Origin: a bacterium
Lineage (GTDB): Bacteria > SAR324 > XYD2-FULL-50-16
Direction of reading: 5' to 3'
DNA length: 64,000 nt
Assembly: GCA_032250835.1 (NCBI GenBank)
Contig: JAVVEA010000008.1
Span: 64,001-128,000 of the forward strand
Shown: positions 9,629 to 20,257 of the stretch, piece by piece
Position numbering within the stretch: position 1 is the first letter of the stretch
Layout: every line of letters begins with the position of its first letter
Program-made: the position numbers and the translations under genes
Notes under the pieces: generated by a model
Told to the model about the DNA's origin: nothing
Seen by the model: the letters and a program-made list of their open reading frames with translations, nothing else
Database searches by the model: none

Positions 9629-9955
9629 TTAGCCCAACATTGCCGGGTCTAGTTGCAAGCGCTCAACGGGCTTGCCTTCAATCACGTGGCTGTTGATGAT
9701 CTCTTCTACATCTTCGGGTTTAACCCCTTGGTACCAGACGCCTTCGGGGTAGCAAACCAGGATGGTGCCCGCCATGCAGGGGCCCATACAGCCCGATTGG
9801 GTGACTTTCATCTTGCCCCAGAGGTTCTTGAGGTCTAGCTGTTCGAACATCTTCATGAAGACTTCGCCGCCGCCTAATTGGCCACAGCTGCCTTTGGGGT
9901 GGCCGGGAGGGCGTTGGTTGGTGCAGACGAAGAAATGGTGCGTCGGTTGAGGCAT
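9629..9955 (-). CDS. Thioredoxin-like [2Fe-2S] ferredoxin
   Basis: HFFVCTNQRPPGHPKGSC, GCMGPC and YPEGVWY motifs. Confidence 0.9.
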   Translation of the reverse strand: MPQPTHHFFVCTNQRPPGHPKGSCGQLGGGEVFMKMFEQLDLKNLWGKMKVTQSGCMGPCMAGTILVCYPEGVWYQGVKPEDVEEIINSHVIEGKPVERLQLDPAMLG

Positions 9956-10102
9956 CGTTAGGCTCCTTTTGATCCTTTTGGATATAAAAATTGTTTAAAC
10001 TAAAGGGAACTCTAAGGAATCCTGCCATTTTTGACAAGGAAAAAATGCCCTTTTGGGGCCCCAAGATTCTTTAATGAAGCCAATCCAGGGGGTAGGGAGG
10101 GC

Positions 10103-10453
10103 TTAAGTGGGCATAGAGAAATGGCGGAACATAAAATAGGCGGCCCCCAGGAGGCAACAACCGGCCCAGAGGTAATCCCAGCTCCATTCTTCCTTAAAGT
10201 AAAGCCAAGAAAATCCCCCAAAAACTATCAAGGCAATGATTTCCTGCATGACCTTCAGCTGGGCCAAACTATAGGTCTGCGCTCCCATCCGGTTGGCGGG
10301 TACCTGTAGGCTGTATTCGAAAAAGGCAATGCCCCAGCTGGCCAGGATCACCATCCATAGGGGCCAACTCTTCATGTCCCTTAAATGGCCGTACCAGGCG
10401 TAGGTCATGAACAGGTTAGAGCAGAAAAGCAACGCAACGGGGGCGAAACTCAA
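10103..10453 (-). CDS. Small DMT-superfamily membrane protein (DUF486-like)
   Basis: SNLFMTYAWYGHL, SWGIAFFEY, QVPANR and QLKVMQE motifs; TTG start. Confidence 0.85.
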   Translation of the reverse strand: MSFAPVALLFCSNLFMTYAWYGHLRDMKSWPLWMVILASWGIAFFEYSLQVPANRMGAQTYSLAQLKVMQEIIALIVFGGFSWLYFKEEWSWDYLWAGCCLLGAAYFMFRHFSMPT

Positions 10454-10511
10454 GGGCTGTTCCTTAAAAAAAAACGGGCTTGGGATATGGGTCCGGATGG
10501 ACTGGATAGGT

Positions 10512-10587
10512 TGGCTCCCCGAGCAAGACTCGAACTTGCGACAAGGCGATTAACAGTCGCCTGCTCTACCAACTGAGCTATCGGGGA
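10512..10587 (-). tRNA. tRNA-Asn (GTT)
   Basis: Reverse complement TCCCCGATAGCTCAGTTGGTAGAGCAGGCGACTGTTAATCGCCTTGTCGCAAGTTCGAGTCTTGCTCGGGGAGCCA: 76 nt cloverleaf, GTT anticodon, encoded CCA. Confidence 0.97.
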
Positions 10588-10704
10588 ACGTTCCGTTTCC
10601 GGGGCTCAGAAACCCGGCGGAAGCTGTGTCCTCCTGATGGAAGACAGACCCATTAGGTAACGCAACTGCCTTTAGCTGTCAACTCTCTATTGCAGCTTTT
10701 TTGC

Positions 10705-11916
10705 TTAGAACGTGACACGGTACTGAATCCCCAAGGCTCCTTGGGGGATATTGGGGTTGAAGGTAGGCTCTAAATAGCCTTTAAATTTACCCTCTTGGAC
10801 CAATTGCCGTAAGACCGACTTGGTCTCAAAATAACGCACACTACTAAAGGCGAGGCCCGCTAGCGCGGCGACTACCTTGAGGTCGTCTCCTTCTTTAAAT
10901 TGGGACAACACAAAGCCGCTGGCAGCTCCGGTGCCCGCGAGCCACATTTGCCAGTAGTCTCGGTCTGCTTCGACCATCCGGACCGTGGCGATCCACTTGT
11001 TTTTGTCGATATCTTCGAGACTGACCGGGCGGATCACCACCTTTTTTTCGATCTCAAAAACATGGCGTAGCGAAGTGTCTAATTCCTTGCGGACATGGTC
11101 TACCAGTTGGATCTGCTTGCGCTTTTCTAGGTAGGTGGTCACATACTGGCCCATCTCGGGGGTTTCGATCTTCTGAAAGTAGGTCCCTTCTGAAGACTCG
11201 TCGCCCACCTTGGTCACCGTTAAAATGCCCATATTGGCTCGGCGTGCGTCCGGTGAGGCCATGGGGTTCATCTGGTCGGCCCGGCCGCTTAGGTTTTTGT
11301 AGATCACCAAACGGTCACCGACCGAAATCCCGTCGTTAGAACCTAGATCAATCACCGCCAGCTTGTTGTTGGCTTTGATGATTTTTCCTTTAAGGGGCGT
11401 GTTGCGGGCGATCCGTTGGGCCATGGCGTATAACCTGCGGTCCATGGTTTCGTCGTTGAAGCGCAGCATGTCTTCTAGCTCGATGCTGTTGTCCAATACG
11501 TTGACCAGCTTCACCTTCAAACTCACAAAACCGCTGGGGGTCATCACTAGATTGCCGGTCAAGACCCGCTCGCTGCCCAAGATCTTGGCCATCTGGATGC
11601 CGCAGCCAATTTCAAAACAGGGCAACAGGCGGGGCGCTTCTTTGACCATCACCTGTTCGGCCTGCTCGTGGTCGGTCACTAAAAACCGGTTGGTGTTGGC
11701 CACGTTCTGGGCGATCATGCTGGAATAGGCGCGGGCCGCTGAGTCGGTCATGCCGGTCGCGGCAAACTGCAACACCAGCAGGCCTGTTTGGGCGGTTTCT
11801 TGGTCGGGTAGGGCCGACTGAACCACCTCGCTGGCCTTCTTTTCGTTATCCGCCGCCGCAAGCCAGCCGGGCAGTCCCAAAGAGAAGATCATCAAAAAGG
11901 TTAACCATCGCAACAT
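10705..11916 (-). CDS. Secreted envelope protein with CsgG/TolB-N-like domain, FlgT-C-like beta domain and hydrophobic C-terminus
   Basis: Signal peptide from ATG at 11916 (ORF track starts at TTG 11937); alpha/beta domain with CFEIGC; GKIIKANNKLAVIDLGSNDGISVGDRLVIY; ends GIQYRVTF. Confidence 0.55.
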   Translation of the reverse strand: MLRWLTFLMIFSLGLPGWLAAADNEKKASEVVQSALPDQETAQTGLLVLQFAATGMTDSAARAYSSMIAQNVANTNRFLVTDHEQAEQVMVKEAPRLLPCFEIGCGIQMAKILGSERVLTGNLVMTPSGFVSLKVKLVNVLDNSIELEDMLRFNDETMDRRLYAMAQRIARNTPLKGKIIKANNKLAVIDLGSNDGISVGDRLVIYKNLSGRADQMNPMASPDARRANMGILTVTKVGDESSEGTYFQKIETPEMGQYVTTYLEKRKQIQLVDHVRKELDTSLRHVFEIEKKVVIRPVSLEDIDKNKWIATVRMVEADRDYWQMWLAGTGAASGFVLSQFKEGDDLKVVAALAGLAFSSVRYFETKSVLRQLVQEGKFKGYLEPTFNPNIPQGALGIQYRVTF

Positions 11917-12072
11917 GAGCGCCGTCGAGTTCTGCAATGCCTAAGCGCGCCAAATGCGGAGCTTAAGCAAGGTCTGGGTTGATGCCTTCGGCCCCTCGTT
12001 AGGGGCCCTTTCCCTTGGGTCAATGCAGGAAGCGGGCACAATCAACCGCAAGGGCCCAAAAAACTAAATCCA

Positions 12073-12175
12073 GGGGCATAACCTAACGCGCTTTCGCGCC
12101 GAGGCGGCTTCGGATATGCGCCTTGAGAAGCTCGCTGGGCTGGTTGCTCGGCCTTGGGGTTTTGGGTTATGCCCC
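12073..12175 (+). ncRNA. Candidate structured RNA or cis element (unassigned)
   Basis: 14-bp closing helix GGGGCATAACCTAA/TTGGGTTATGCCCC with inner helix GCCGAG/CTCGGC; G-U pairs favour the + strand; no family recognised. Confidence 0.35.
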
Positions 12176-12239
12176 AGTCCGGCGGCTTACGTATAGGGCC
12201 ACTAGTTTTGGTCCATTGTTAGCGAAACCAGATGTCAAT

Positions 12240-12276
12240 AAAAAAGCCCAGCTCCTCTAGGTGAGGAGCCGGGCTT
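12240..12276 (-). terminator. Rho-independent terminator of rne
   Basis: Minus strand AAGCCCGGCTCCTC-accta-GAGGAGCTGGGCTTTTTT, about 30 nt after the stop. Confidence 0.8.
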
Positions 12277-12305
12277 CTAAAGGGACCTAATTTGACCTAA
12301 GGGGG

Positions 12306-14999
12306 CTACTCTTCAGCAGCCTTCTTGGTGGTCTTCTTAGCTGGAGCCTTTTTGGCCGCCGGTTTCTTAGCTGCCGCCTTTTTAGCCGGTTTTTCTCCGG
12401 CGTCATCGGCCACGGCTTTCTTGGCCGCAGGCTTCTTGGCCGCCGCCTTCTTGGGGGCGGGCTTTTCGGCGGCATCGGCCTTTTTGGCTGCTGCCGTTGC
12501 GGCTTTTTCGGCGTCCGTTTTACGGGGGCGTCCGGCCCGTTTAGCGGGGGCCTCTGCACTAGCCGCTTCGCGGGCCTTGGCTGGAGCCTTAGGGGCCGGC
12601 TTTTCTACCACTGGGGTGGTGGCTTCGGCTTCGGCTTGTCGGCCTCTACCTCTTCCTCTGCCCCGTCCACGGCCACGGCCAGCTTTTGGCTTTTCTTCGG
12701 TAACTAGGCCGTTACCATCAATATCCGGCTTGCGCGGGGCATCTGCGGGCGGTGCTACGTTTCCGTTGACCTCGACGGTCGGTCCGGCCGTTGATTCCTT
12801 TTTCTTTCCGCGACCCCGACCGCCCCGGCTGCGCCGTTTCTTGGGCTTGTCGTCTTCGGCTTCTACTTCCACCTTGGCTTGGGCTTTCGGGGCTTGTGCC
12901 TTTTTAAGCGACGCCAGGGCTTCTGCCTCTTTGCGGGCCTGTGCCTCGATCTTTAGCAATTCTTCGTTGCTGAGATGCTGGCTGCGCCACAAATAACGCT
13001 CGGGCACCACACGGCGGGGAAGTCCCTTGCCTTTCATGCGGTTTTGGAAGTCCGTAAAAAACTGGTCTAATTGCTCTTCGCTGTGCTGGGTGAGGTTCTG
13101 GAAGAGCGCACCGGGGTGGATTTCGCTGTCCTCATTGAGCACTTGAGTGCCGTCGAAAGACATGGGCTGGAAATTAAAGCCCGAATCTGCGAATTCCTCC
13201 TCTTCGCCTTCTTCTTCCTCTTCTTCTGCCTCAAATCCAGCAGCCAGGGGCGGCTGTTCGGCAGGTTCTTCTTCACGCCGACCTCGTCCGCGTCCCCGGC
13301 CACGTCCGCGGCCTCGTCCACCACGTTCTTCGCGGGGTTCTAGGTCTTTCGCAGCGGCTGTGTCCAGCTCTTCGGCCACCTCTTCCAAGGCTTCGTCGAT
13401 GCTGTCTAAAGCGGGGGTCACTTGGGTGCCGTCTTCTTCGCGTTCACGACCTCGTCCGCGTCCCCGACCACGGCCTCTTCCGCGTCCACGGTCCTCGCTG
13501 CTCGGTTCGGTGCGTTCGGTGTGGTCTTCGTGGCGTTTCGGCGGGCCTTCGGTAAGGCACTTAAGGGCGTTTTCGCTAAATGAAACCAGGGCCGGATTGG
13601 CGGTCAGGCGGATTTCGATCCCAAATTCATGCTCAAGATCGGTCACCTCTTGGCGGCGTTCGTTGAGCAGGTGGTTGATCGTCTCTAAAGGTAGCTCACC
13701 GGAAACGCGCTTGGCGTTGCCTTTGGCGGCTAATTCGCGGATGGCGCGCAGCACGGAGTTGGTCGAGGCCAGTAGGCTAGGCACTTGTCCCTTGCCGTGG
13801 CAAACGGGGCAGGGGCTTTCGATTACGTTAGAAATCCGCACCGCCATGCGCTGGCGGCTGATTTCCATCAAGCCAAATTGACTGATCGGCAGGAGCTTGT
13901 GCTGGGCCTTGTCGCGCAACATGGCTTGTTGGATTGCGTCTTCGACCTGATGGCGGCTCTTGTCGCGCTCCATGTCGATGAAGTCAACGACCACCAATCC
14001 GCCTAAGTTACGCAAGCGCAACTGGCGCGCCACTTCTTCGGCGGCCTCCAGGTTGGTGCGTAGGGCCGTATCGTCTACGTTCTTTTCTTGGTTGCTACGT
14101 CCAGAGTTGACGTCAATGGAGACCAGTGCTTCGGTCTGGTCGATCACAATCGAGCCGCCGGACTTAAGCCGAACTTCGCGAGAGGTCAACTGCTCCACTT
14201 GCTTTTCGATGTTGTAGGCCGAAAAGAGGCTGCGGTCGCCGACGTAGAGTTTTAGGATCTTCTGCTTGCGGGGTGCGGCCATCTTAAGAAAGTCCAGCAC
14301 ACCTTGGAAGATCATGGGGTTGTCTACCCAGATTTCGTCGATGTCTTCGGTGTAATAGTCGCGCAACGTGCGGGTGACCACGCCTTCTTCCTCTTCTAAG
14401 AGGCCCGCGCTCTTGGCGCTGGTGAAGCGCTCTAAGATCGTCTCCCAGTGACGCTTGACGGTGGTGTAGTCTTTTTTGAGCTCAGCCAAACTGCGGCCGG
14501 TACCGGCGGTGCGGATGATGACCGAATGCTCTTCCCCATCGAGGCCTGATAAAAAGCCTTTGAGGCGGTCGCGCTCTTCGCGGTCTTCGATTTTTTTGCT
14601 GACGCCGCCTTTGCTGCCGTAAGGCATCATCACCATAAACCGACCCGGAAGGGTGATGTTCATGGTCATGGCGGCCCCTTTGTAGTCCACCTCTTCGCGG
14701 GTAACCTGCACTAAAATCTGCTGGCCTACACGCAACCGGGCACCCTTTTCGGTAGGGCCTTCGATCAGTTCTTGGTTGACTTCAGCAAGGGGGAGGAAAC
14801 CATGGCGGCGGGCGCCGTAGTCTACGAAAGCGGCTTGGACGGAATTTTGGATCTGAACTACACGGGCGCGGTAAATATTGCCCTTAGTTTGCTCACGGCT
14901 CTGGTGTTCGATCAGCATCTCTTGAAGAAGCTGGTCTTCCACCAGGGCGATGCGACTTTCCACATCGCTCGCCATGATGAGCATCATTTTTTTTGTCAT
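12306..14999 (-). CDS. rne: Ribonuclease E with long disordered C-terminus
   Basis: S1 domain (GNIYRARV, AAFVDYG), IDVNSG catalytic motif, DFIDM, CPVC Zn-link, about 400-aa low-complexity tail. Start moved to ATG 14999 (AGGAAGAG RBS). Confidence 0.92.
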   Translation of the reverse strand: MTKKMMLIMASDVESRIALVEDQLLQEMLIEHQSREQTKGNIYRARVVQIQNSVQAAFVDYGARRHGFLPLAEVNQELIEGPTEKGARLRVGQQILVQVTREEVDYKGAAMTMNITLPGRFMVMMPYGSKGGVSKKIEDREERDRLKGFLSGLDGEEHSVIIRTAGTGRSLAELKKDYTTVKRHWETILERFTSAKSAGLLEEEEGVVTRTLRDYYTEDIDEIWVDNPMIFQGVLDFLKMAAPRKQKILKLYVGDRSLFSAYNIEKQVEQLTSREVRLKSGGSIVIDQTEALVSIDVNSGRSNQEKNVDDTALRTNLEAAEEVARQLRLRNLGGLVVVDFIDMERDKSRHQVEDAIQQAMLRDKAQHKLLPISQFGLMEISRQRMAVRISNVIESPCPVCHGKGQVPSLLASTNSVLRAIRELAAKGNAKRVSGELPLETINHLLNERRQEVTDLEHEFGIEIRLTANPALVSFSENALKCLTEGPPKRHEDHTERTEPSSEDRGRGRGRGRGRGRGREREEDGTQVTPALDSIDEALEEVAEELDTAAAKDLEPREERGGRGRGRGRGRGRGRREEEPAEQPPLAAGFEAEEEEEEGEEEEFADSGFNFQPMSFDGTQVLNEDSEIHPGALFQNLTQHSEEQLDQFFTDFQNRMKGKGLPRRVVPERYLWRSQHLSNEELLKIEAQARKEAEALASLKKAQAPKAQAKVEVEAEDDKPKKRRSRGGRGRGKKKESTAGPTVEVNGNVAPPADAPRKPDIDGNGLVTEEKPKAGRGRGRGRGRGRGRQAEAEATTPVVEKPAPKAPAKAREAASAEAPAKRAGRPRKTDAEKAATAAAKKADAAEKPAPKKAAAKKPAAKKAVADDAGEKPAKKAAAKKPAAKKAPAKKTTKKAAEE

Positions 15000-15102
15000 A
15001 CTCTTCCTATGAATGACGTTGGACCCGGGAGGTTCCCGAAGTCTTGCCATTTACAGAAGAGAGGAGTCCGACGAGAGGAGTCGGTTTTAGCCGACTCTAA
15101 GG

Positions 15103-15366
15103 CTATTCAGTGATTTCGCCGCAGGCTTTTCGAGCTGCTTCAAAGAAACTGATCGCTGGCACGACAATGCCTTTATAGGCACCGCCAAAGACTAAGTATT
15201 TGTCTTTGCCAACTTGTTTTGCACGCGCCTTGCCTCCGCCGCCCAAACCTGAGCATTGGAAATGGCGCTGTCCATTCTCGTCTTTATAGAGGAATTCGAC
15301 CGCCTGTAAGCTGGGGGCCCAGAGGAATAGGGTCAAGATTGCGGCTGCTTTGATTTTCTTATTCAT
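15103..15366 (-). CDS. Small secreted hypothetical protein with two Cys
   Basis: MNKKIKAAAILTLFLWAPSLQA signal peptide from ATG 15366 with GGAG RBS; the ORF-track start at 15444 looks too long. Confidence 0.65.
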   Translation of the reverse strand: MNKKIKAAAILTLFLWAPSLQAVEFLYKDENGQRHFQCSGLGGGGKARAKQVGKDKYLVFGGAYKGIVVPAISFFEAARKACGEITE

Positions 15367-15631
15367 ACTCACTCCGATCGGGATGTTGTCATCAACCGTT
15401 TCGGATCTCCATGCAAAAAGCTTGCAGTACTCGCGAGCGCCCATGATTTTTGACGCTTGCCCTTGAATTCTTCTGCCTTGGGTCTGGCTTCAGGAGGGGG
15501 TGAATCTTTACAGCCCTCTCATCTCCCATCACTTCTGTCTTTTGGCTTACCCGAAGACTATCCAGAACCGCTAGAGTTTGTCTAGAAAATTACCACCTTG
15601 CCGCTTAAGCCCCGAAATATTGAGCTTATTC

Positions 15632-16504
15632 TTAGGCGGTCAACACCTCAACGCCCGAATCCGAGACGTAAAGGGTGTGTTCAAATTGGGCGCTTAGCTG
15701 GCCGTCGATGGTTACGGCGGTCCAATTGTCGCTCAAGACGCGCACGCCCTTGCGGCCCAGGTTGATCATGGGCTCAATGGTGAAAAACATGCCCGGTAAG
15801 ATGGTCATGCCCGTGCCGCCGCGCCCGAAATGGGGCACCTGGGGTTCGTCGTGGAAGCGGCGGCCAATGCCATGGCCCACAAACTGCTCGACCACGCTGC
15901 AGCCTTGCTGGTGGGCGTAGGTTTGGATCGCTTCGCCGATGTCGCCGATGTGCCCATAGGGTTGCACCGCCTCGATGCCCAAATCTAAACAATGTTTGGC
16001 AATGTCGTGGATCTTTTTTGCCTCTGCTGAACAGTTACCCACCAAGAAGCTTCGGTTGGTGTCGCCGAAGTAGCCGTCTAAGATGCAAGTAACGTCCACG
16101 TTCAACAGGTCCCCATCCTCGACCACTACGTCTTGGCTGGGGATTCCGTGGCAGACCACCTCGTTGAGCGAGGTGCAGCAACTCTTGGGGTAGCCATGAT
16201 AACCCAAAGTGGCCGGCGTGGCTCCGTGGTCCAAGGTGAATTCGTAGACCAGTTGGTCGATTTCCTCGGTGGTGATGCCTGGCTTAAGGTGCTGCTCAAC
16301 CATCACCAAAGTGGCTTTCGCCAAGCGGCAGGAGGCGCGCATGCCTTCGATAAACTCAGCGCTACGGGGGATCGGGCGCGGGCGAAAGGGACTACGGTTC
16401 ACTTCGGGTTCCTCTAGGTCTTTGCCAAGATGGCATTTCTTATATTTCTTTCCGCTCCCACACCAACAGGGGTCATTGCGGTTGGGTATCTGCTCTGGGG
16501 TCAC
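15632..16504 (-). CDS. map: Type I methionine aminopeptidase with N-terminal SEC-C zinc motif
   Basis: [39 protein letters not shown] and AQFEHT motifs; GTG start overlaps the leuS stop. Confidence 0.95.
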   Translation of the reverse strand: MTPEQIPNRNDPCWCGSGKKYKKCHLGKDLEEPEVNRSPFRPRPIPRSAEFIEGMRASCRLAKATLVMVEQHLKPGITTEEIDQLVYEFTLDHGATPATLGYHGYPKSCCTSLNEVVCHGIPSQDVVVEDGDLLNVDVTCILDGYFGDTNRSFLVGNCSAEAKKIHDIAKHCLDLGIEAVQPYGHIGDIGEAIQTYAHQQGCSVVEQFVGHGIGRRFHDEPQVPHFGRGGTGMTILPGMFFTIEPMINLGRKGVRVLSDNWTAVTIDGQLSAQFEHTLYVSDSGVEVLTA

Positions 16505-18918
16505 TTTACAACAAGGTTTAAGATCTTGTCGGGCACATAAATCACCTTAACCACTTGTTTGCCTTCGGTGTACTTTTGCACTTTTTCAGAAGCCATGGCT
16601 AGCGCCAAAACCTCTTCCTGGCTGCTGCCGGGGGGTACTTCTAGGCTGTCGCGGTGTTTCCCTAATACCTGAACCGGCAGCGTGATGCTTTGGCTGACCA
16701 GTTTAGATTCATCAAAGGTCGGCCAGGGCTGATAAGCCAAGGTCTCGCCACTGCCCAGCTTCTGCCAGAGCTCTTCGGCCAAGTGCGGCGCAAAGGGGCT
16801 CAGTAGCAGCACCAAACCGCTCATTTGGCTGCGATTGCGCTGGCTTTGCCCGGTCCATTCGTTGACCGCTATCATCAACTGGCTGATGGCCGTATTGAAC
16901 CGCAGTGCCTCTAAATCTTCGGTAACCTTCTTGACCGTCTCATGGTAAAGCCGGGTGATTTCTTCGCTGGCTTCGGTTTCGACTAATGCCGCCGATAGTT
17001 GGTCCTCTTCATCGACAAACAAACGCCAAAAGCGCGCCAAGAATCGGTTGATCCCTTCTAGTCCCGAGGTGGACCAAGGCTTGGATTTCTCTAAGGGCCC
17101 CATGAACATCTCGTATAGCCGTAGGCTGTCGGCCCCAAACTGGGCGACGATGTCGTCGGGGTTGATCACATTGCCCCGGCTTTTGGACATCTTCTCGCCG
17201 TTTTCGCCTAAGATCATGCCTTGGTTGACCAGCTTTTCAAAGGGTTCTTTGGTGCTGACTTCGCCGCGGTCATACAAGACTTTATGCCAAAACCTAGAAT
17301 ACAAGAGGTGTAAGACCGCATGTTCCGCCCCGCCCACGTATAGGTCTACCGGCATCCAGTATTTTTCGGCTTCTTTGGAGAAGGCCGCTTCACGGTTGTG
17401 GGGGTCGCAGTAGCGCAGATAATACCAACAAGACCCAGCCCACTGGGGCATGGTGTTGCTGCTGCGGGTGGCTTTGCGGCCATCAGGCAAAGTGACTTCC
17501 ATCCAGTCCTTCATCTTCGCCAAGGGGCTCTCGCCGGACTCAGAAGGCTGGAAGTCGTTGGTTTGGGGTAAGCGCAGCGGTAAATCGTTGGGGTCCATGG
17601 GGACCACTGCGCCGTCTTCGGTCTGCATCAAGGGAAAGGGCTCGCCCCAATAGCGCTGACGCGAAAAGAGCCAATCGCGGAGCTTGTAGTTGATGGCCAA
17701 TTTGCCCTGGCCTTGGGCTTCGAGTTGGTCGATGATCTTGGCCTTGGCCTCGTCCACTTCCAGCCCATCCAAGAAACCCGAATTGCACAGAGCCCCGTCG
17801 CCGGTGTGGGCCGCTTCGGATACGTCGGCACCGGCGATGATGTTTTTGATCGGCAAATTCATGGCCTGGGCAAATTCGTAGTCTCGCTGGTCGTGCCCCG
17901 GAACGGCCATGATCGCGCCGGTCCCGTAGCTCATCAAAACATAATCAGCGATCCAAATGGGCAGCGGCTCACCATTAACTGGGTTGATGGCATAGGCCCC
18001 GGTAAAGACGCCCGTCTTTTTCTTGGAAAGATCGGTGCGGTCCAGGTCCGACTTGGCCGCGCAAGTTTCTTTGTAGGCCTTTACGGCCTGCCATTGTTCT
18101 TCGGTGCAGATCAGCTCAACTAAGGCATGCTCGGGGGCGAGCACACAGTAGGTGGCCCCAAACAGCGTGTCCGGGCGGGTGGTGAAGACCACAAATTCGC
18201 GGTTCTCTTGGCCTTGGATCTTAAAATGGACCTCTGCGCCGATGGACTTGCCGATCCAGTGCCGCTGCATTTCTTTGACACTAGCCGGCCAGTCAAGGGC
18301 GTCTAGGTCTTCAAGCAGCTTGTCGGCATATTCGGTGATCTTAAGCATCCATTGTTTCATGGGCTTGCGGATTACCGGGTGGCCGCCGCGCTCGGACTTG
18401 CCGTCGATCACCTCTTCGTTTGAAAGCACAGTACGCAATTCGGGGCACCAGTTGACCGGAGCGTTGTGCTCATAGGCTAGGCCCGCGTCAAAGAGCTGCA
18501 AAAAGATCCACTGGGTCCATTTATAATAGTCTGGGTCGGTGGTGTTGATTTCTCGGTCCCAGTCGTAAGAAAAGCCTAGGGCCTTAATTTGGCGGCGGAA
18601 GTTGTCTACGTTCTGCTGGGTCGTTTGGGCCGGGTGGGTGCCGGTTTGGATGGCGTACTGCTCGGCCGGCAGGCCAAAGGCGTCCCAGCCCATGCAGTGC
18701 AACACGTTAAACCCGCGCATCCGTTTGTAACGGCTGACGATGTCCGTGGCGGTGTAGCCCTCGGGGTGGCCGACATGTAAACCCTGGCCCGAGGGGTAGG
18801 GGAACATGTCGAGGGCGTAATACTTGGGCTTGGCGTGGTCGATCTCGACCTTAAAAGTCTTGTTGGATTCCCAGTATTGTTGCCACTTGGGCTCGATTTC
18901 GCGAGGGTTATAGGCCAT
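16501..18918 (-). CDS. leuS: Leucine--tRNA ligase
   Basis: MFPYPSG, HVGH (HIGH), TTRPDT editing motif, KMSKS. Confidence 0.98.
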   Translation of the reverse strand: MAYNPREIEPKWQQYWESNKTFKVEIDHAKPKYYALDMFPYPSGQGLHVGHPEGYTATDIVSRYKRMRGFNVLHCMGWDAFGLPAEQYAIQTGTHPAQTTQQNVDNFRRQIKALGFSYDWDREINTTDPDYYKWTQWIFLQLFDAGLAYEHNAPVNWCPELRTVLSNEEVIDGKSERGGHPVIRKPMKQWMLKITEYADKLLEDLDALDWPASVKEMQRHWIGKSIGAEVHFKIQGQENREFVVFTTRPDTLFGATYCVLAPEHALVELICTEEQWQAVKAYKETCAAKSDLDRTDLSKKKTGVFTGAYAINPVNGEPLPIWIADYVLMSYGTGAIMAVPGHDQRDYEFAQAMNLPIKNIIAGADVSEAAHTGDGALCNSGFLDGLEVDEAKAKIIDQLEAQGQGKLAINYKLRDWLFSRQRYWGEPFPLMQTEDGAVVPMDPNDLPLRLPQTNDFQPSESGESPLAKMKDWMEVTLPDGRKATRSSNTMPQWAGSCWYYLRYCDPHNREAAFSKEAEKYWMPVDLYVGGAEHAVLHLLYSRFWHKVLYDRGEVSTKEPFEKLVNQGMILGENGEKMSKSRGNVINPDDIVAQFGADSLRLYEMFMGPLEKSKPWSTSGLEGINRFLARFWRLFVDEEDQLSAALVETEASEEITRLYHETVKKVTEDLEALRFNTAISQLMIAVNEWTGQSQRNRSQMSGLVLLLSPFAPHLAEELWQKLGSGETLAYQPWPTFDESKLVSQSITLPVQVLGKHRDSLEVPPGSSQEEVLALAMASEKVQKYTEGKQVVKVIYVPDKILNLVVK

Positions 18919-19143
18919 CGGGGCGTTGCTCCTGAAGGGGCGGTTGCATTTTAAAAAATTGGCCCATTCTAGGTGAGGCGAGCCGCTTGGTCAATGGGGT
19001 AGGCCGTGGAACCGCCACTGGCCCGGTAAGGTTGGATTTTGGCCGAAAGTGACCGAAAATGTTGCTGCATTCCCTTTGATTTACACTATACTTAGAACTG
19101 GATAAGGGGGAGTTCTGACGCAAATGAATGGGAAATAATCAAA

Positions 19144-19818
19144 ATGATGCCATTGAAAAACGAACAGGAAATCCGTCTTTTCGAGCGTGCGGTGGAATTA
19201 ACCGAATCCATGGCTCGGGCGCTAGAAAGCCGAGATTATGAACACCTAGACCGGGTTTGGGACCTTTTTGGGAAGTTGGATCAAGTACCCTTTGGCTATT
19301 TTTCGGTGGCCCAAGAAATCCACCTTGAGTCCATCGCTCAGCGGCAAGAGCATTCTTTTAAAAATCAGGTAGACATCAACGGGACTTGGCGGTTGCTGAG
19401 CCTTTCTGTCGGGATGGGCTCCTTGTGCAGTGCCTTGGCTGGGGCTTTGTTGTATCTTGGTTCTGGGCCCGGCTCTTGGATTGCTTTTGGGGCCGGGTTG
19501 ATGTTTTTGGCGATCTTGCCCTTTGTGGTGTGGGTTCCCTGGTCCGCCCCCCGTTGCCCAAGGTGCGGCTCTAGTGCCCAAGGCCGCAGAAATTGGGAGC
19601 GCCTGATCGAGGGCGGCTCCCTGCCGGTATATCAGTGCCAATCCTGTGCTCAGGAGTTTTTCCGTTACGCCGGTTTAACGCTGCTTGAGCGGCACGAATG
19701 GCCCGAATTGCTGGTCGCGCGTGATGAACTAAAGCAACGCAAGGCGGGCCACCGCAGCTTGGTTTTGGGCTTGGTCGCCGCCAGTTTTACCCGCAGCTCC
19801 ACTCACTTAAAAGGTTGA
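19144..19818 (+). CDS. Two-TM membrane protein with C-terminal zinc ribbon (paralog 1)
   Basis: Helical N-terminus, 2 TM, CPRC-x23-CQSC, FFRYAGLTLLERHEWPELL; homologous to the next two genes. Confidence 0.75.
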   Translation: MMPLKNEQEIRLFERAVELTESMARALESRDYEHLDRVWDLFGKLDQVPFGYFSVAQEIHLESIAQRQEHSFKNQVDINGTWRLLSLSVGMGSLCSALAGALLYLGSGPGSWIAFGAGLMFLAILPFVVWVPWSAPRCPRCGSSAQGRRNWERLIEGGSLPVYQCQSCAQEFFRYAGLTLLERHEWPELLVARDELKQRKAGHRSLVLGLVAASFTRSSTHLKG

Positions 19819-20257
19819 GTCTAGCGGGCCGCAGCCTGTTTGGTGGCCTGGACCTTTCCTATCAAAGATACCTTGCACCAAAAGCACCTAGATTTTCTGG
19901 CTTGGTGCGGCCCCAGCGCTGCCTACCGCAGGTTGGGTTTAAGGCCCCTTTTTTCCGGGCCTTTGGCTTGGTCCTTTACCCTCCTGGTCCGTCTCCAACC
20001 TCCAGATTCCCGTTATCCCAAACGCGTTCCCTTGGGTGGCCCCTTTTTAAGATCCCCTCAAAGACCAAAGCTCGGACCCTGCTTGGGACCGCCCAAACCC
20101 CTGGCACCTCCGCTCCGTCCGCCCGCCCGGCGCTTGGGCCTTGCAAACCCCTTTAGGTCCCTAAGGCTTTAGCGGCAGGGGGCGGGGTCAAGGAGTCACT
20201 TCCCGTTTGTGGTAGATCGTGCTTAAATAGCACCATATTATAATTCATTTTAGGCCC

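Noticed and set aside
10455-10705. Integrative element at tRNA-Asn
   Set aside because: No integrase nearby, and I found no duplicated tRNA 3' end in the window.
12022-12040. Possible sigma54 promoter on the minus strand (TGTGCCCGCTTCCTGCAT)
   Set aside because: Has the -12 GC but TG instead of the near-invariant -24 GG.
12287-13881. Long alternative ORFs 12325..12996, 13147..13881 and 12287..12559
   Set aside because: Antisense or frame shadows of the low-complexity RNase E tail.
19815-20172. ORFs 19815..20156 and 19840..20172 between zinc-ribbon paralogs 1 and 2
   Set aside because: Pro/Arg/Leu-rich with no RBS or recognisable motif. A WDNGNLE (MORN-like) string on the minus strand is too short to support a pseudogene call.
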